Origin: Promethearchaeota archaeon
GTDB taxonomy: Archaea; Asgardarchaeota; Lokiarchaeia; Sigyniarchaeales; SOKP01
Assembly: GCA_019058295.1 (NCBI GenBank)
Contig: JAHPZI010000015.1
Location: forward strand, 1 to 64,000
Length of the DNA: 64,000 nt
Reading direction: 5' to 3'
Shown: positions 28,330 to 37,872 of the stretch, one piece after another
Layout of the letters: each line of letters begins with the position of its first letter
Numbering within the stretch: position 1 is the first letter of the stretch
Position numbers and translations under genes: made by a program
The notes under the pieces: generated by a model
What the model was told of the DNA's origin: nothing
The model's input: the letters and a program-made list of their open reading frames with translations, nothing else
The model's database searches: none

Positions 28330-29634
28330 TTGTTTGCTTGTTCTGATTGTGGTAAAGAGATCCATGAAAGAGAGATCATTTATTTAGAGCGAAAACCCTA
28401 TTGTAAAGATTGTTATATTAGAAGATTATATGAAATAAAGAAAGATCTTTTATTAAAGAATCTTATAAAAAATCAATATTTGCAGGATAAGCGACTTATT
28501 GCAGCTTTTAACGAAGTACCTCTTGAGGAATTCATTCCAAAGGAATATGTAGATCCGAACAAAATTTACGAAGATATTCCAAATCTTTTTTATTACGATA
28601 AACCAGAAAATTATAGAACAATATCTGCTCCTCATATGATAACGATTATGCTACAAGGTTTGGCTTTAAAGGAAAACGATGATTTATTAATATTAGGGGC
28701 AAAGAGTGGATATATTGCAGCACTAGCTCATATATTGGCACCCAAGGGAGAGATTATAATACTTGAAGCCAATTCTGAAATTGCGAAGATAACAGATGAT
28801 AATTTAAAGAAGTTGAATTTACACGATAATATAACTGTAAATATCAAGAATCCTCTTGAAGGAATGCCAGAATTAGGCCCATGGCAAAAAATTTTAGTGA
28901 CAGGCGCAATTAAACAAGAACGTATTCATCCATTATTAAGTCAACTTGATCCTAAAGAAGGAGTGTTATACGCCCCCATTGGGGAAGATTTTATCCAGAT
29001 CTATACACAAATTCTCAGAATCGAGGAAGAATTCTATGGAAAAAAGCAACTTCAAGTTCGCTTCACTCCCTTAATGACTCAAGTCGAATTAGATGAATTG
29101 GAATTGATTACAGATTTCGAACTTTTAGATGAATTTGAAATAAAGGATGATCCTAATAAAGTTGATCAAACTCTTAGTAAAGTCAAAGAAAAAATAAGCA
29201 TAAAATATGCTTCGAGTATCTTTGATGATATTGAATTAAAACCGCAACCTAAGTTTCATGTAATTAAGGAGAAAATTTTAGATGAGCAAAGAGAGGAGGT
29301 TCTTACTTCTTTAGAAAATATTGAAATAATTATTGCAAAATTGAAAAAAGAAGATAATATTGCCGGTTGTTTTGATTTTATTGACGATATAGAAAATCAA
29401 CTCGAAAACCTAAAAAATTTCAAGAAGGATTTTGATATTAAAACAAAAAAAATCCAAAACTTTCTAAATCAAATAAGAACGTGTAATATTGTCAGAAAAG
29501 AATTAAGGACAGAAAATATTTCTAAATCTGATCTCATAGATAAGGAAATGGAGATTGTAAACAAACAAATTGAAAAAATTAATGAGCTAAAGCAATTACT
29601 TAGTAGCGAAATTGAAAGAATTAAGAAATTATAA
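28330..29634 (+). CDS. Protein-L-isoaspartate O-methyltransferase-like protein with N-terminal C4 zinc finger and C-terminal helical region
   Basis: AF..VP.E.F, Y.D.P, TISAPHM, SGY.AA, ILVT.A, VRF.PL; TTG start. Confidence 0.75.
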   Translation: MFACSDCGKEIHEREIIYLERKPYCKDCYIRRLYEIKKDLLLKNLIKNQYLQDKRLIAAFNEVPLEEFIPKEYVDPNKIYEDIPNLFYYDKPENYRTISAPHMITIMLQGLALKENDDLLILGAKSGYIAALAHILAPKGEIIILEANSEIAKITDDNLKKLNLHDNITVNIKNPLEGMPELGPWQKILVTGAIKQERIHPLLSQLDPKEGVLYAPIGEDFIQIYTQILRIEEEFYGKKQLQVRFTPLMTQVELDELELITDFELLDEFEIKDDPNKVDQTLSKVKEKISIKYASSIFDDIELKPQPKFHVIKEKILDEQREEVLTSLENIEIIIAKLKKEDNIAGCFDFIDDIENQLENLKNFKKDFDIKTKKIQNFLNQIRTCNIVRKELRTENISKSDLIDKEMEIVNKQIEKINELKQLLSSEIERIKKL

Positions 29635-29655
29635 TCATAAATTAAGGTTATCTTT

Positions 29656-30372
29656 ATGGTTTTAGAATCTATTGAAATTATTAATGGAATTTTGGGCATT
29701 ATATATGTTATTGTCTCCATAGTTATTGGTATAAGGCTCATGACTAAATATTTTCAAAATAAAAATACGATATTTATTTATGTAGGATTAACATGGATCG
29801 GTCTATCAACTCTTTGGCTAGCAGCCAGTATATCTTTTGTATTGGCTCTCACAACTGGCCGTGGGCTTCCCCCAATACCATATTTTTTAATAGGAGTATC
29901 ATTGATTCCATTCTTTTTATTCACGTGGATGATTGCATTTAGTTCGCTTGTATTTGAATATTATAAAAAGATTGTTCTTGGCGTTTTCGCAATTCTTTGT
30001 ATGATACTTGAAGTAATTTTCTTTTATCTGCTTTTCACTGACCATTCAATGATTGGAGTACAAAATACTCCCATTGATACAGATTGGGGTATTTTTATGA
30101 CAATTTATCTTATTTTAGTAATAATTATTGCTTTAATTACTGGAGGTTTATTCTCTTATAAATCTATGATATCTGAAAATCCAGAAATTAGGTTAAGAGG
30201 AAAAGTAATTTTAATTTCTTTTATTATTTGGGCACTTGGTTCTATTATAGATACTATTTTTGAATTTGCTTTAATGAGAACACTAGCAATTTTCCTTTTA
30301 ATAGTTGCTTCTTTCTTATGGTATTTCGCTTTTAATTTGCCAAAATTTTTGAAAAAAAGATTATCAAAATAA
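29656..30372 (+). CDS. Uncharacterised 7TM membrane protein
   Basis: Seven hydrophobic segments, basic loops after TM1/3/5, amphipathic LPKFLKKRL tail. Confidence 0.78.
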   Translation: MVLESIEIINGILGIIYVIVSIVIGIRLMTKYFQNKNTIFIYVGLTWIGLSTLWLAASISFVLALTTGRGLPPIPYFLIGVSLIPFFLFTWMIAFSSLVFEYYKKIVLGVFAILCMILEVIFFYLLFTDHSMIGVQNTPIDTDWGIFMTIYLILVIIIALITGGLFSYKSMISENPEIRLRGKVILISFIIWALGSIIDTIFEFALMRTLAIFLLIVASFLWYFAFNLPKFLKKRLSK

Positions 30373-30395
30373 AACTTATAATATTTTTTTATTCT

Positions 30396-30908
30396 TTATT
30401 GCTTGAGAAATTCTAAAACTGCTTTCATAAAATCAGGTAAATCATCAGGCTTTCTTGAAGTAATCAGATTCTTATCAATTACAACAGGTTTATCCACAAA
30501 AGAAACTCCTGCGTTTATCATGTCATCCTTTATTGCAAAGTAGCTAGTAGCTTTGCGACCCTTTACAATTTTTGCTGAAATTAAAACCCATCCCGCATGA
30601 CAAATAGCTCCAACTAGCTTCCCCTGAGCATTGATTTTTGCTACAAAATCTAATACTTTCTGATTCCTTCTTAAATAGTCGGGATTTTTAGTTCCACCAG
30701 GAATAATAACGCCATCATAGTTGTCAGGATTAGCTTCATTAATAGTTAAATCAGGTCTAAACGGATAACCCCACTTCCCTTTGATTTCCCTTTTTGATAA
30801 ACTAATTAATTCTACATTATGACCAGCTTCTAATAACCTTATCCTTGGATAGTGTAATTCTAAATCCTCATAACCATCTGTAGCCAAAAAAGCTATTTTT
30901 TTTACCAT
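30396..30908 (-). CDS. pfpI: PfpI/DJ-1 family intracellular protease/deglycase
   Basis: YEDLEL.YP, IPGG, AICHAG, ITSRKPDDL. Confidence 0.92.
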   Translation of the reverse strand: MVKKIAFLATDGYEDLELHYPRIRLLEAGHNVELISLSKREIKGKWGYPFRPDLTINEANPDNYDGVIIPGGTKNPDYLRRNQKVLDFVAKINAQGKLVGAICHAGWVLISAKIVKGRKATSYFAIKDDMINAGVSFVDKPVVIDKNLITSRKPDDLPDFMKAVLEFLKQ

Positions 30909-30972
30909 CTTTTACACACCTCTTTAATTTTTTATTTATTAAACTCATTATTTAATCTTGTGATTATAATAA

Positions 30973-31614
30973 TTAAGTTAACGTATTTAAAATTCCAACA
31001 TAAACGATAAAAATTGCTATTAGGATTAATATTACATTGAAAGGTGTTGGAAATAATCTCCTTGGAGTTTTCTGCTTATAATTTTCGTATTTTTCTCCAA
31101 ATTGGGGTATAAGTAAATATTTTTCTTCTAAAAATCCTTCTAATTCTAAAAGTAATATTAAAAAGGGCGTAAGAAGCAAAGTAATAAAAGAATCAAATAT
31201 AAGAGCCAATCCTAAAAATGACATTGCCCATGAAGTATACATTGGATGTCTCATTATTTTATAGGGGCCGTCGGTAATTAATCGAGCCTTACCTTTTGCC
31301 AAACCTCTAATTTTATTAATTTTCATAGCTGAATTTCCAAAATATATCCCCAAAATAACTAATACAATCCCCAAAATTAAAAACATGGTCCACAACTGTT
31401 CAAAATAGCTTTTAGTTCCAAAAAAAGGTTCAAAAAAGCTTGACGTAATAATAGGAATCGAAATAAGTGAAGAACACCATATTATAAGATAAATAATTGT
31501 ATAGATATCCCACCACTTACTAATTTTCCTCTCAGTTTTTAGAAAAATTATCCAATAGATAAAAAAATTCAATAAGAATATAATAACTAGGATAGCAACT
31601 ATTAAAATCAACAT
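30973..31614 (-). CDS. ICMT/PEMT-family membrane methyltransferase
   Basis: LITDGPY..RHPMY, EE..L...FG..Y..Y. Confidence 0.85.
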   Translation of the reverse strand: MLILIVAILVIIFLLNFFIYWIIFLKTERKISKWWDIYTIIYLIIWCSSLISIPIITSSFFEPFFGTKSYFEQLWTMFLILGIVLVILGIYFGNSAMKINKIRGLAKGKARLITDGPYKIMRHPMYTSWAMSFLGLALIFDSFITLLLTPFLILLLELEGFLEEKYLLIPQFGEKYENYKQKTPRRLFPTPFNVILILIAIFIVYVGILNTLT

Positions 31615-31933
31615 TCTTTTGCTAAATCCTCTATTCTTAGGTCTATAATCAGCACTTTTAATTTAATTCTATATTGCCATATATTTATAGTTCATTAAAA
31701 TAATCAATTCTATGAGAATTTTATTGATATTAGACATCTTTCTGACTTGATTTGATCACCCAATCAATTAAAGTTCTCTTTTGTCGGTATAAATCCATTA
31801 ATTTAATAAATTTTTTTGCCTAAAAGCATTCATATTATCAAAGATTTAATAAAATTTCAATGATAAATTTTTTAATTTTTAAATTCTTTAAAGAATTAAG
31901 GATTTTTGAATAGATTATTGCTGATTTTATAAT

Positions 31934-33181
31934 ATGCCAGAACTGTTAGATTTTAGAAATTTACATTACAAGGAGGGGAAAAAAGACCCGAAAAAACTAA
32001 AGTTGCTCACTGCACCACCATATGATGTTATATCAGAAGAAGAACTCATAGAAATGAAAAAATATCCTGAAAATATTTGTCATGTAATTCTTCCAGAAAC
32101 ATATGATGCTGCTGGTAAAAAATTAGATGAAATGATATCTGAAGGAATTCTGGTTACCGAAAAAGACAGATGTATCTGCATTTACGGAATAGACTATACA
32201 AGACCTGACACTGGAGAAAAAATAAGCAGATATGGATTTGTCGGTCTTTTAAAATTAGTTGAAATATTTCCTTCTAATGACGGCGTCATACCCCATGAAG
32301 CAACGTTCAGAAAGTATACAGAGGATAGATTACGAATAATCCAAGAAACAGATAGTAATTTTTCTCCTATTTTCACAATTTACGATGGAAATGGTACAGC
32401 TGAGGAACTTTTTAACAAGTACATTAATAAAAGACCATTTCTTGAAACAATTGATCGAGATGGTTTCACGCATAAGATCTGGGAGGTTTGGGATACAGAT
32501 GATATAAAAAGATTTCAAGAAATTGTCAAGAAACACGACGTAATTATTGCTGATGGTCATCATCGATATATAACTAGCTTGCAACATAGCAAGCAGGGAG
32601 GATGTAATTATATTATGGCTTTGTTCATTGATTTTAATGATCCAGGATTAATTATTTTCCCAAATCATCGATTAATTCATAATCTTCCAGTCAGTTCTAT
32701 AGAAGAATTTAAAGAAAAAGTTAACAAGGAATTTGAGATTGAATTTATCGAGGATATTTCTGAATTTAAAAGAAAAATGGAAAAACTTATCGGTCAACAT
32801 GTTTTTGGAGTCTATTATCTTAAAAATTATTTGATTCTTAGGTTAAAAGACGATATAAGACCTGAAGAATATATGACAGAAATCGAAGGATCAACCGAAT
32901 GGAAAAATTTAAACCTTCCAATATTACATAATATTCTACTTAAAAAATGTATTGGAGTTAAAATGGAAAATATATCATTTATTAAGGGATTAGAGAAAGG
33001 AATAAATATTGTTGATGAAAGAGAGGATATTGATGCTCTTTTTGTAGTAAATCCACCATTATTGGAAGAGATTCAAAAAATTACTAGTTTAGGAGAGATT
33101 ATGCCACAAAAGAGTACATATTTTTTTCCTAAACCTCTCTCAGGCTTAATAATACACCGCCATTCCAATGAAATTGAATAA
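31934..33181 (+). CDS. DUF1015 family protein (ParB-like fold)
   Basis: PPYDVI, PHE.T, DRL, IADGHHR, P.HR, MPQKSTYF.PK..SG. Confidence 0.88.
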   Translation: MPELLDFRNLHYKEGKKDPKKLKLLTAPPYDVISEEELIEMKKYPENICHVILPETYDAAGKKLDEMISEGILVTEKDRCICIYGIDYTRPDTGEKISRYGFVGLLKLVEIFPSNDGVIPHEATFRKYTEDRLRIIQETDSNFSPIFTIYDGNGTAEELFNKYINKRPFLETIDRDGFTHKIWEVWDTDDIKRFQEIVKKHDVIIADGHHRYITSLQHSKQGGCNYIMALFIDFNDPGLIIFPNHRLIHNLPVSSIEEFKEKVNKEFEIEFIEDISEFKRKMEKLIGQHVFGVYYLKNYLILRLKDDIRPEEYMTEIEGSTEWKNLNLPILHNILLKKCIGVKMENISFIKGLEKGINIVDEREDIDALFVVNPPLLEEIQKITSLGEIMPQKSTYFFPKPLSGLIIHRHSNEIE

Positions 33182-33345
33182 ATTTCCATTATAACTTTAA
33201 TTTTATTGTTTTTTTAATCATAGTAAATCTAGTTCTGGCTAAAATTCTCAGAATTTATGCATTGATGTAAGTGTTTTAATTAAGTAAAATTAAAAAATAA
33301 ATAAAAAAAAGAAAAAATATAGTTTTTTTTAATAAAAGAAAGAAA

Positions 33346-35475
33346 TTACACATAATTTTTTTTGAGATCATTTAGTTTAGATATAATCTCATCGCTAATA
33401 TTTCCCACAACTACTACATTACCCATAGATTTTATCTCTTTAATAAAATGTGCAAATTGATGACGAGCTGGACCTGGGGGTAATTTATCCATATTATCTT
33501 CTAATAACGCACCTAATTCATCGGTTTTTATTCCACCATTAATCTTTCTATAGAATTCATTAAATATCCCATCTATTTCAATTTCTTTTGTTCTCGATAA
33601 TGTTTTACTTATAGATTCAGAAGGAGTACTTGGTTCACCAGAACTATCTCTACCTAAGACTAAAACGTGAGGTTCAGTTCTAGGATAATCTCCTGTACCA
33701 GAGCAATTATAATTTATACTTATTGATTTTCCACCTAGTAATTCCGGAATCTTTATTTTTACCTCAGATTCTTTGCCTTTTTCATGAATAGTACCTATGG
33801 GAGGTGAAAATTCAGTTAAAGCAAAACCAGAGGGAATATCATCCGTTACAACAATATTTTCTAATTCGACATCTCCCTTATTTTGGATTCTAACAGAAAT
33901 ACTAAACTCTCCTTCCGAAAGCCCTGGTTTAACACTTTTAAGTGTTTTAAGCTTTCTCGCAACATATTTGATTTTTATTACAGGTTCTTCAGGAGGACTT
34001 ATTATAAACTCTTTACCTTTTATCAAAACATTTGCTTTTACCTCTACTGGTGTATTATATCTGGCTTCAGGCTTAGGATTTCTTGCTAGAAGAGGATAAC
34101 TCATAGATATTTCAGAATTTGGTGGAACTTGGCTTTTTAAACCTTTTAATCTAATAGAAATTATATGTTTAGAATCTGGATTTTGATCATCTGGATTAAT
34201 CCCAATCGCTTCAATGAATTCTTCCTTATTTTGAATTTCAGCAACCCCTTCCATATTTTTTACCTCTATTTTTAAATCTTTATTAATAAGAGGGGGAACA
34301 AAATCGGGGGGTATTTCATCTATTATTTCAAGATGATCTATGTTTGATGTTCCTAAATTAGGAATGCTATTCACAATAGTCATATCAGTATTAGCGTATG
34401 CGGCTACTTCAGGAGGATTAATCGTTTTATGAATTTCTATGCTTAAAACGTGATAAATGGTTGGTTCCTTTATAATCTCACCTATTACTCTAGTAATTAC
34501 TCCAAATAATGGTGTGAATTCAATTTCAGATGCTAAATCAGGTACATTTTGACCATCAACAAGGAAATCTTTTTCCCATGACTGTTCGGGATCCAGTTCA
34601 ATATTAGGGGTTTCAGAAACAACATTTTCGGAGCCCGTAGGGATATTATGGGAAACTTTAACATTTTCAAGTCGTACTTTAAATTCAGAATCATTAATAA
34701 ATTCGACATTACAATCCCAAGTTGCGGGATTAGATCCTTCCTCTCTAGTAACTCCGCTCATTGAGTCCGTTTCTCCTCGCACTTCTGGTTTTATCATAGT
34801 TAGTATTTTATTATCGATTAAATAATTGACTCTCAAATTACCTAAAGTTTGGTCCTTTCTTTCCTTCACATTAACTACACAATACACCTCAAGAGTGGCG
34901 GTTTCTTTTTGAGGTAAATTCTCTATTTTCCAAGTTAATATCTTTTTTCCTTCTTCTTGTCCTAATTCAGCATTTCCAAAATTAGGGGATTTAATTTCAA
35001 TATCTTGGAGAAGTGGAGGCATTTCTTTCGTTACTGTTATTTCAGTGAACGGTATTTCCAAGGTATTTGTAAGGTCGATTTTTAAATTGCATTTATTTGT
35101 GTTCTCGTAAAGAAATGCGTTATTAATTTTACCTGAAATATCTCTTTCAGCATCAAATGTTTCAATGACTTTTAAGCAAGGCTCCTTTAAATTTTGAATT
35201 TCATATTCCTGTTTAAATTCCTGATCAGGATTTATGGCACCTACATTTAGCTCTTTACTTAAATTAGTATTTATAGTTTCTTTTAAGTCGCAACTTAAAT
35301 TCCATAGCCTACTTTTCTGAGATGTATTTTTAATCAATAAAGTCCCTTTTCCTTTAATCTCTTTTATATCATGTGCACCAGTTGCCCCTATCTCTGTTGG
35401 GGATAACACTGTATCTTCATAATCAGTTATATCTATAACGATTAAATTTTTTAATTCGCTCATTTTTTTAACCAT
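33346..35475 (-). CDS. Cytoplasmic beta-sandwich protein with putative N-terminal mu-homology domain and DUF11/Ig-like domains
   Basis: No signal peptide or TM segment; strand pattern parallels AP-mu/delta-COP MHD (see findings); later VRIQNKG..LENIVVTDDIP repeats. Confidence 0.55.
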   Translation of the reverse strand: MVKKMSELKNLIVIDITDYEDTVLSPTEIGATGAHDIKEIKGKGTLLIKNTSQKSRLWNLSCDLKETINTNLSKELNVGAINPDQEFKQEYEIQNLKEPCLKVIETFDAERDISGKINNAFLYENTNKCNLKIDLTNTLEIPFTEITVTKEMPPLLQDIEIKSPNFGNAELGQEEGKKILTWKIENLPQKETATLEVYCVVNVKERKDQTLGNLRVNYLIDNKILTMIKPEVRGETDSMSGVTREEGSNPATWDCNVEFINDSEFKVRLENVKVSHNIPTGSENVVSETPNIELDPEQSWEKDFLVDGQNVPDLASEIEFTPLFGVITRVIGEIIKEPTIYHVLSIEIHKTINPPEVAAYANTDMTIVNSIPNLGTSNIDHLEIIDEIPPDFVPPLINKDLKIEVKNMEGVAEIQNKEEFIEAIGINPDDQNPDSKHIISIRLKGLKSQVPPNSEISMSYPLLARNPKPEARYNTPVEVKANVLIKGKEFIISPPEEPVIKIKYVARKLKTLKSVKPGLSEGEFSISVRIQNKGDVELENIVVTDDIPSGFALTEFSPPIGTIHEKGKESEVKIKIPELLGGKSISINYNCSGTGDYPRTEPHVLVLGRDSSGEPSTPSESISKTLSRTKEIEIDGIFNEFYRKINGGIKTDELGALLEDNMDKLPPGPARHQFAHFIKEIKSMGNVVVVGNISDEIISKLNDLKKNYV

Positions 35476-35580
35476 CGTGTATTAGTGTCTTATGTTATAT
35501 TTTTACGATAACATTTTAGTAATAATAGTCTTAGTAAATATAAACTTATGCAAAAAAAAATATTTAAATAAATCATTTTT

Positions 35581-36429
35581 ATGAGAGACAATGCGTCATT
35601 TTGGAAAATCGTTGAAAAGTATAATAATCTAATGAATTCCGCAATAATAGGTCCTAATTGTGTAGACTCTAACATTTGTAGAGGTGATTGCTGTTCAATT
35701 AAGATTGATATACCTATGGTTTTAGCTAAAGAATATATTAAAAGAGGCTATGCGAAGAAAAAAGATTTTATTAGAAGCGATGTTTTTAGCTTTCAATTGA
35801 GGTTTGATGAATCTACAGGGAAATGTTTTTTATTCGATAATGCTATTAATGGGTGTAAAGTACATAATTCTGGGATTAAGCCTCCACAATGTTGGATTTA
35901 TCCCACAAATTTCTCTAATCCTGAGAATAAAGAGATTAGTTGTAAAAGAGCAAAAGGATGGAAGATAATTAATTCTGAAAAAACAATGAAAGCAGAAAAA
36001 TTGCTTCAAAAATATGTTTTTTTATGTCGACTTGAAGCAAAAAAAGAACTAAATAAGGTTAACAATAGAATAGGCAAAAACCAGACGGGGGATTCGAAGA
36101 ATATTATTAAATATTTAAAAAAAAGATTAAAAAAAATCCCCCCGAGTCAATTAGGCGGCTTTCAAGATACTTGGGATCGTTTTCAGGTATTATCTGCTGA
36201 AGGATTATCATTACAAATGAAAAAGTTTTGTAAACGTATCAATAAAGAATGCCCATATCGTTCAGCTGACTTTTTAGAATGTAAAGCTATTTGTGAGAAA
36301 ATTGCGAATGAATTAATTATTTTTTTACATAGTAATATAGATAATTATATAAAAAAGGAAGGCCCTGATCCTGAAGGTAAGTATCCGTTATATAAATTAT
36401 TTAACTTCGTTAAAGATTTTGAAGATTAA
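35581..36429 (+). CDS. YkgJ-family (CxxCxxCC) cysteine cluster protein
   Basis: C....C.GDCC, CFLFD...GCKVH...KPPQCWIYP. Confidence 0.75.
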   Translation: MRDNASFWKIVEKYNNLMNSAIIGPNCVDSNICRGDCCSIKIDIPMVLAKEYIKRGYAKKKDFIRSDVFSFQLRFDESTGKCFLFDNAINGCKVHNSGIKPPQCWIYPTNFSNPENKEISCKRAKGWKIINSEKTMKAEKLLQKYVFLCRLEAKKELNKVNNRIGKNQTGDSKNIIKYLKKRLKKIPPSQLGGFQDTWDRFQVLSAEGLSLQMKKFCKRINKECPYRSADFLECKAICEKIANELIIFLHSNIDNYIKKEGPDPEGKYPLYKLFNFVKDFED

Positions 36430-36493
36430 TATGCTCTCAGTCTCAACAAAAGATAATAAGACTGTTAGTAAATTAAAAAAAAAATTTAAATAA

Positions 36494-37315
36494 TTATTCC
36501 CGAAATTTTATATTCAAATCATCTTTTGCCCAGAAATAAGTAGTAATCATATAGAAACCAAAGTAAATTCCTGATATTTCAATTAATCCATCCCATAAAC
36601 ACATCATAATTGCTATACCAATCGGGGCATTGTGCCAACCAGTAGCTTCTTTTCCAATTTCGAATGTATCCGCTATTAGTATTGGTCGAACACCAATCAA
36701 CCATCCTACAAGATTAATATAAGAACCAATTATAGCTAAGAAAATAAATGATGCGAGCGGATATTTAACATCTTCATAGAATTTTAATGCTATAATAAAT
36801 CCTACAATGGTAAAAATAGAAACAAATAGTATCGAAAATAATGATACAGCTCTTCGGCTAACAGTTGCAGATTCTTGGCTTGATATAGTGAATAGAAGTA
36901 GGATTGATGCTAATATAACGAATACTATTGTCAAAATTATAAACTCTTTATCTCTTTTAAATGCTAATAATTTAGCAAAACTATACATTAACACCGTTGG
37001 AATTCCCCCTTCGATTGGACCTTGTAAAAGGGCTGTAGTTGGATATTTTATTTTTATTGACCAAAATAATGTTGGCGGTTCATACCAAGTTCTCCACCCA
37101 ATTCCTTGAAGGATTAATTCGAATATAATCCATAAAACTGAGCTGGAAAGATAAATCTTCCAAAATGCTTCTTCCTCATATTTATACTTTAATATTATTG
37201 ATAAAATTATGAAGATTATGGTAAGAATAAGATATGAGGTAAAATCTATACTCCCCGAATAATATCTTCCAAACCAAATATTTAAATCGCCAGGTTTAAC
37301 TTCCATTTTAATCAC
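36494..37315 (-). CDS. Uncharacterised multi-pass membrane protein
   Basis: About 7 TM segments with intramembrane acidic residues. Confidence 0.7.
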   Translation of the reverse strand: MIKMEVKPGDLNIWFGRYYSGSIDFTSYLILTIIFIILSIILKYKYEEEAFWKIYLSSSVLWIIFELILQGIGWRTWYEPPTLFWSIKIKYPTTALLQGPIEGGIPTVLMYSFAKLLAFKRDKEFIILTIVFVILASILLLFTISSQESATVSRRAVSLFSILFVSIFTIVGFIIALKFYEDVKYPLASFIFLAIIGSYINLVGWLIGVRPILIADTFEIGKEATGWHNAPIGIAIMMCLWDGLIEISGIYFGFYMITTYFWAKDDLNIKFRE

Positions 37316-37466
37316 TCTATTTCATATATTGATAGTTAATAATGATGATTGATAATTAGTGATGATCAAATTTGAATATATGATATCACATACATAATAC
37401 ATTACTATAATACGAATATCCATATAACATTTAAATATCATAAAAAGAATACTTTTATTTAAAAAA

Positions 37467-37832
37467 ATGACGTTAGTTAATAAAAATTTAATTGAATTGA
37501 CGAAATTGGTTTTTTCTGAAAAATATGACTTTATAGCAGAACCACAAAAAATTAAAGGTAAATCTGGAAAGATTTGGACTTTTGATGGTCTTGTAAAAAA
37601 TGCCACTTCATTATTCGGAATCTTTATTAGAGACTGGAAAAGAGAAATAAGTATAACGCAATTGCGACAATTACATAAAGCATGTTTAGATGTCCCAGGT
37701 ATAGAAGGGGGAATTATGATTTGTAATATAATCTCCGATTTTTCTCGTGATTACTCGAATCAATTTGGAATCCAGCTTTTATCTAAAGGGCATTTGATTT
37801 CGAAACTAAGAACCCGCCAATTTCAATATTAA
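37467..37832 (+). CDS. Mrr-like restriction-endonuclease-fold protein, degenerate active site
   Basis: IKGKSG..WTFD, IRDW...I, GGIMI, A/S....GIQL pattern. Confidence 0.6.
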   Translation: MTLVNKNLIELTKLVFSEKYDFIAEPQKIKGKSGKIWTFDGLVKNATSLFGIFIRDWKREISITQLRQLHKACLDVPGIEGGIMICNIISDFSRDYSNQFGIQLLSKGHLISKLRTRQFQY

Positions 37833-37872
37833 TTAGCAAATAGCAAATGGAAAAATAACACGCTAATTAGAA

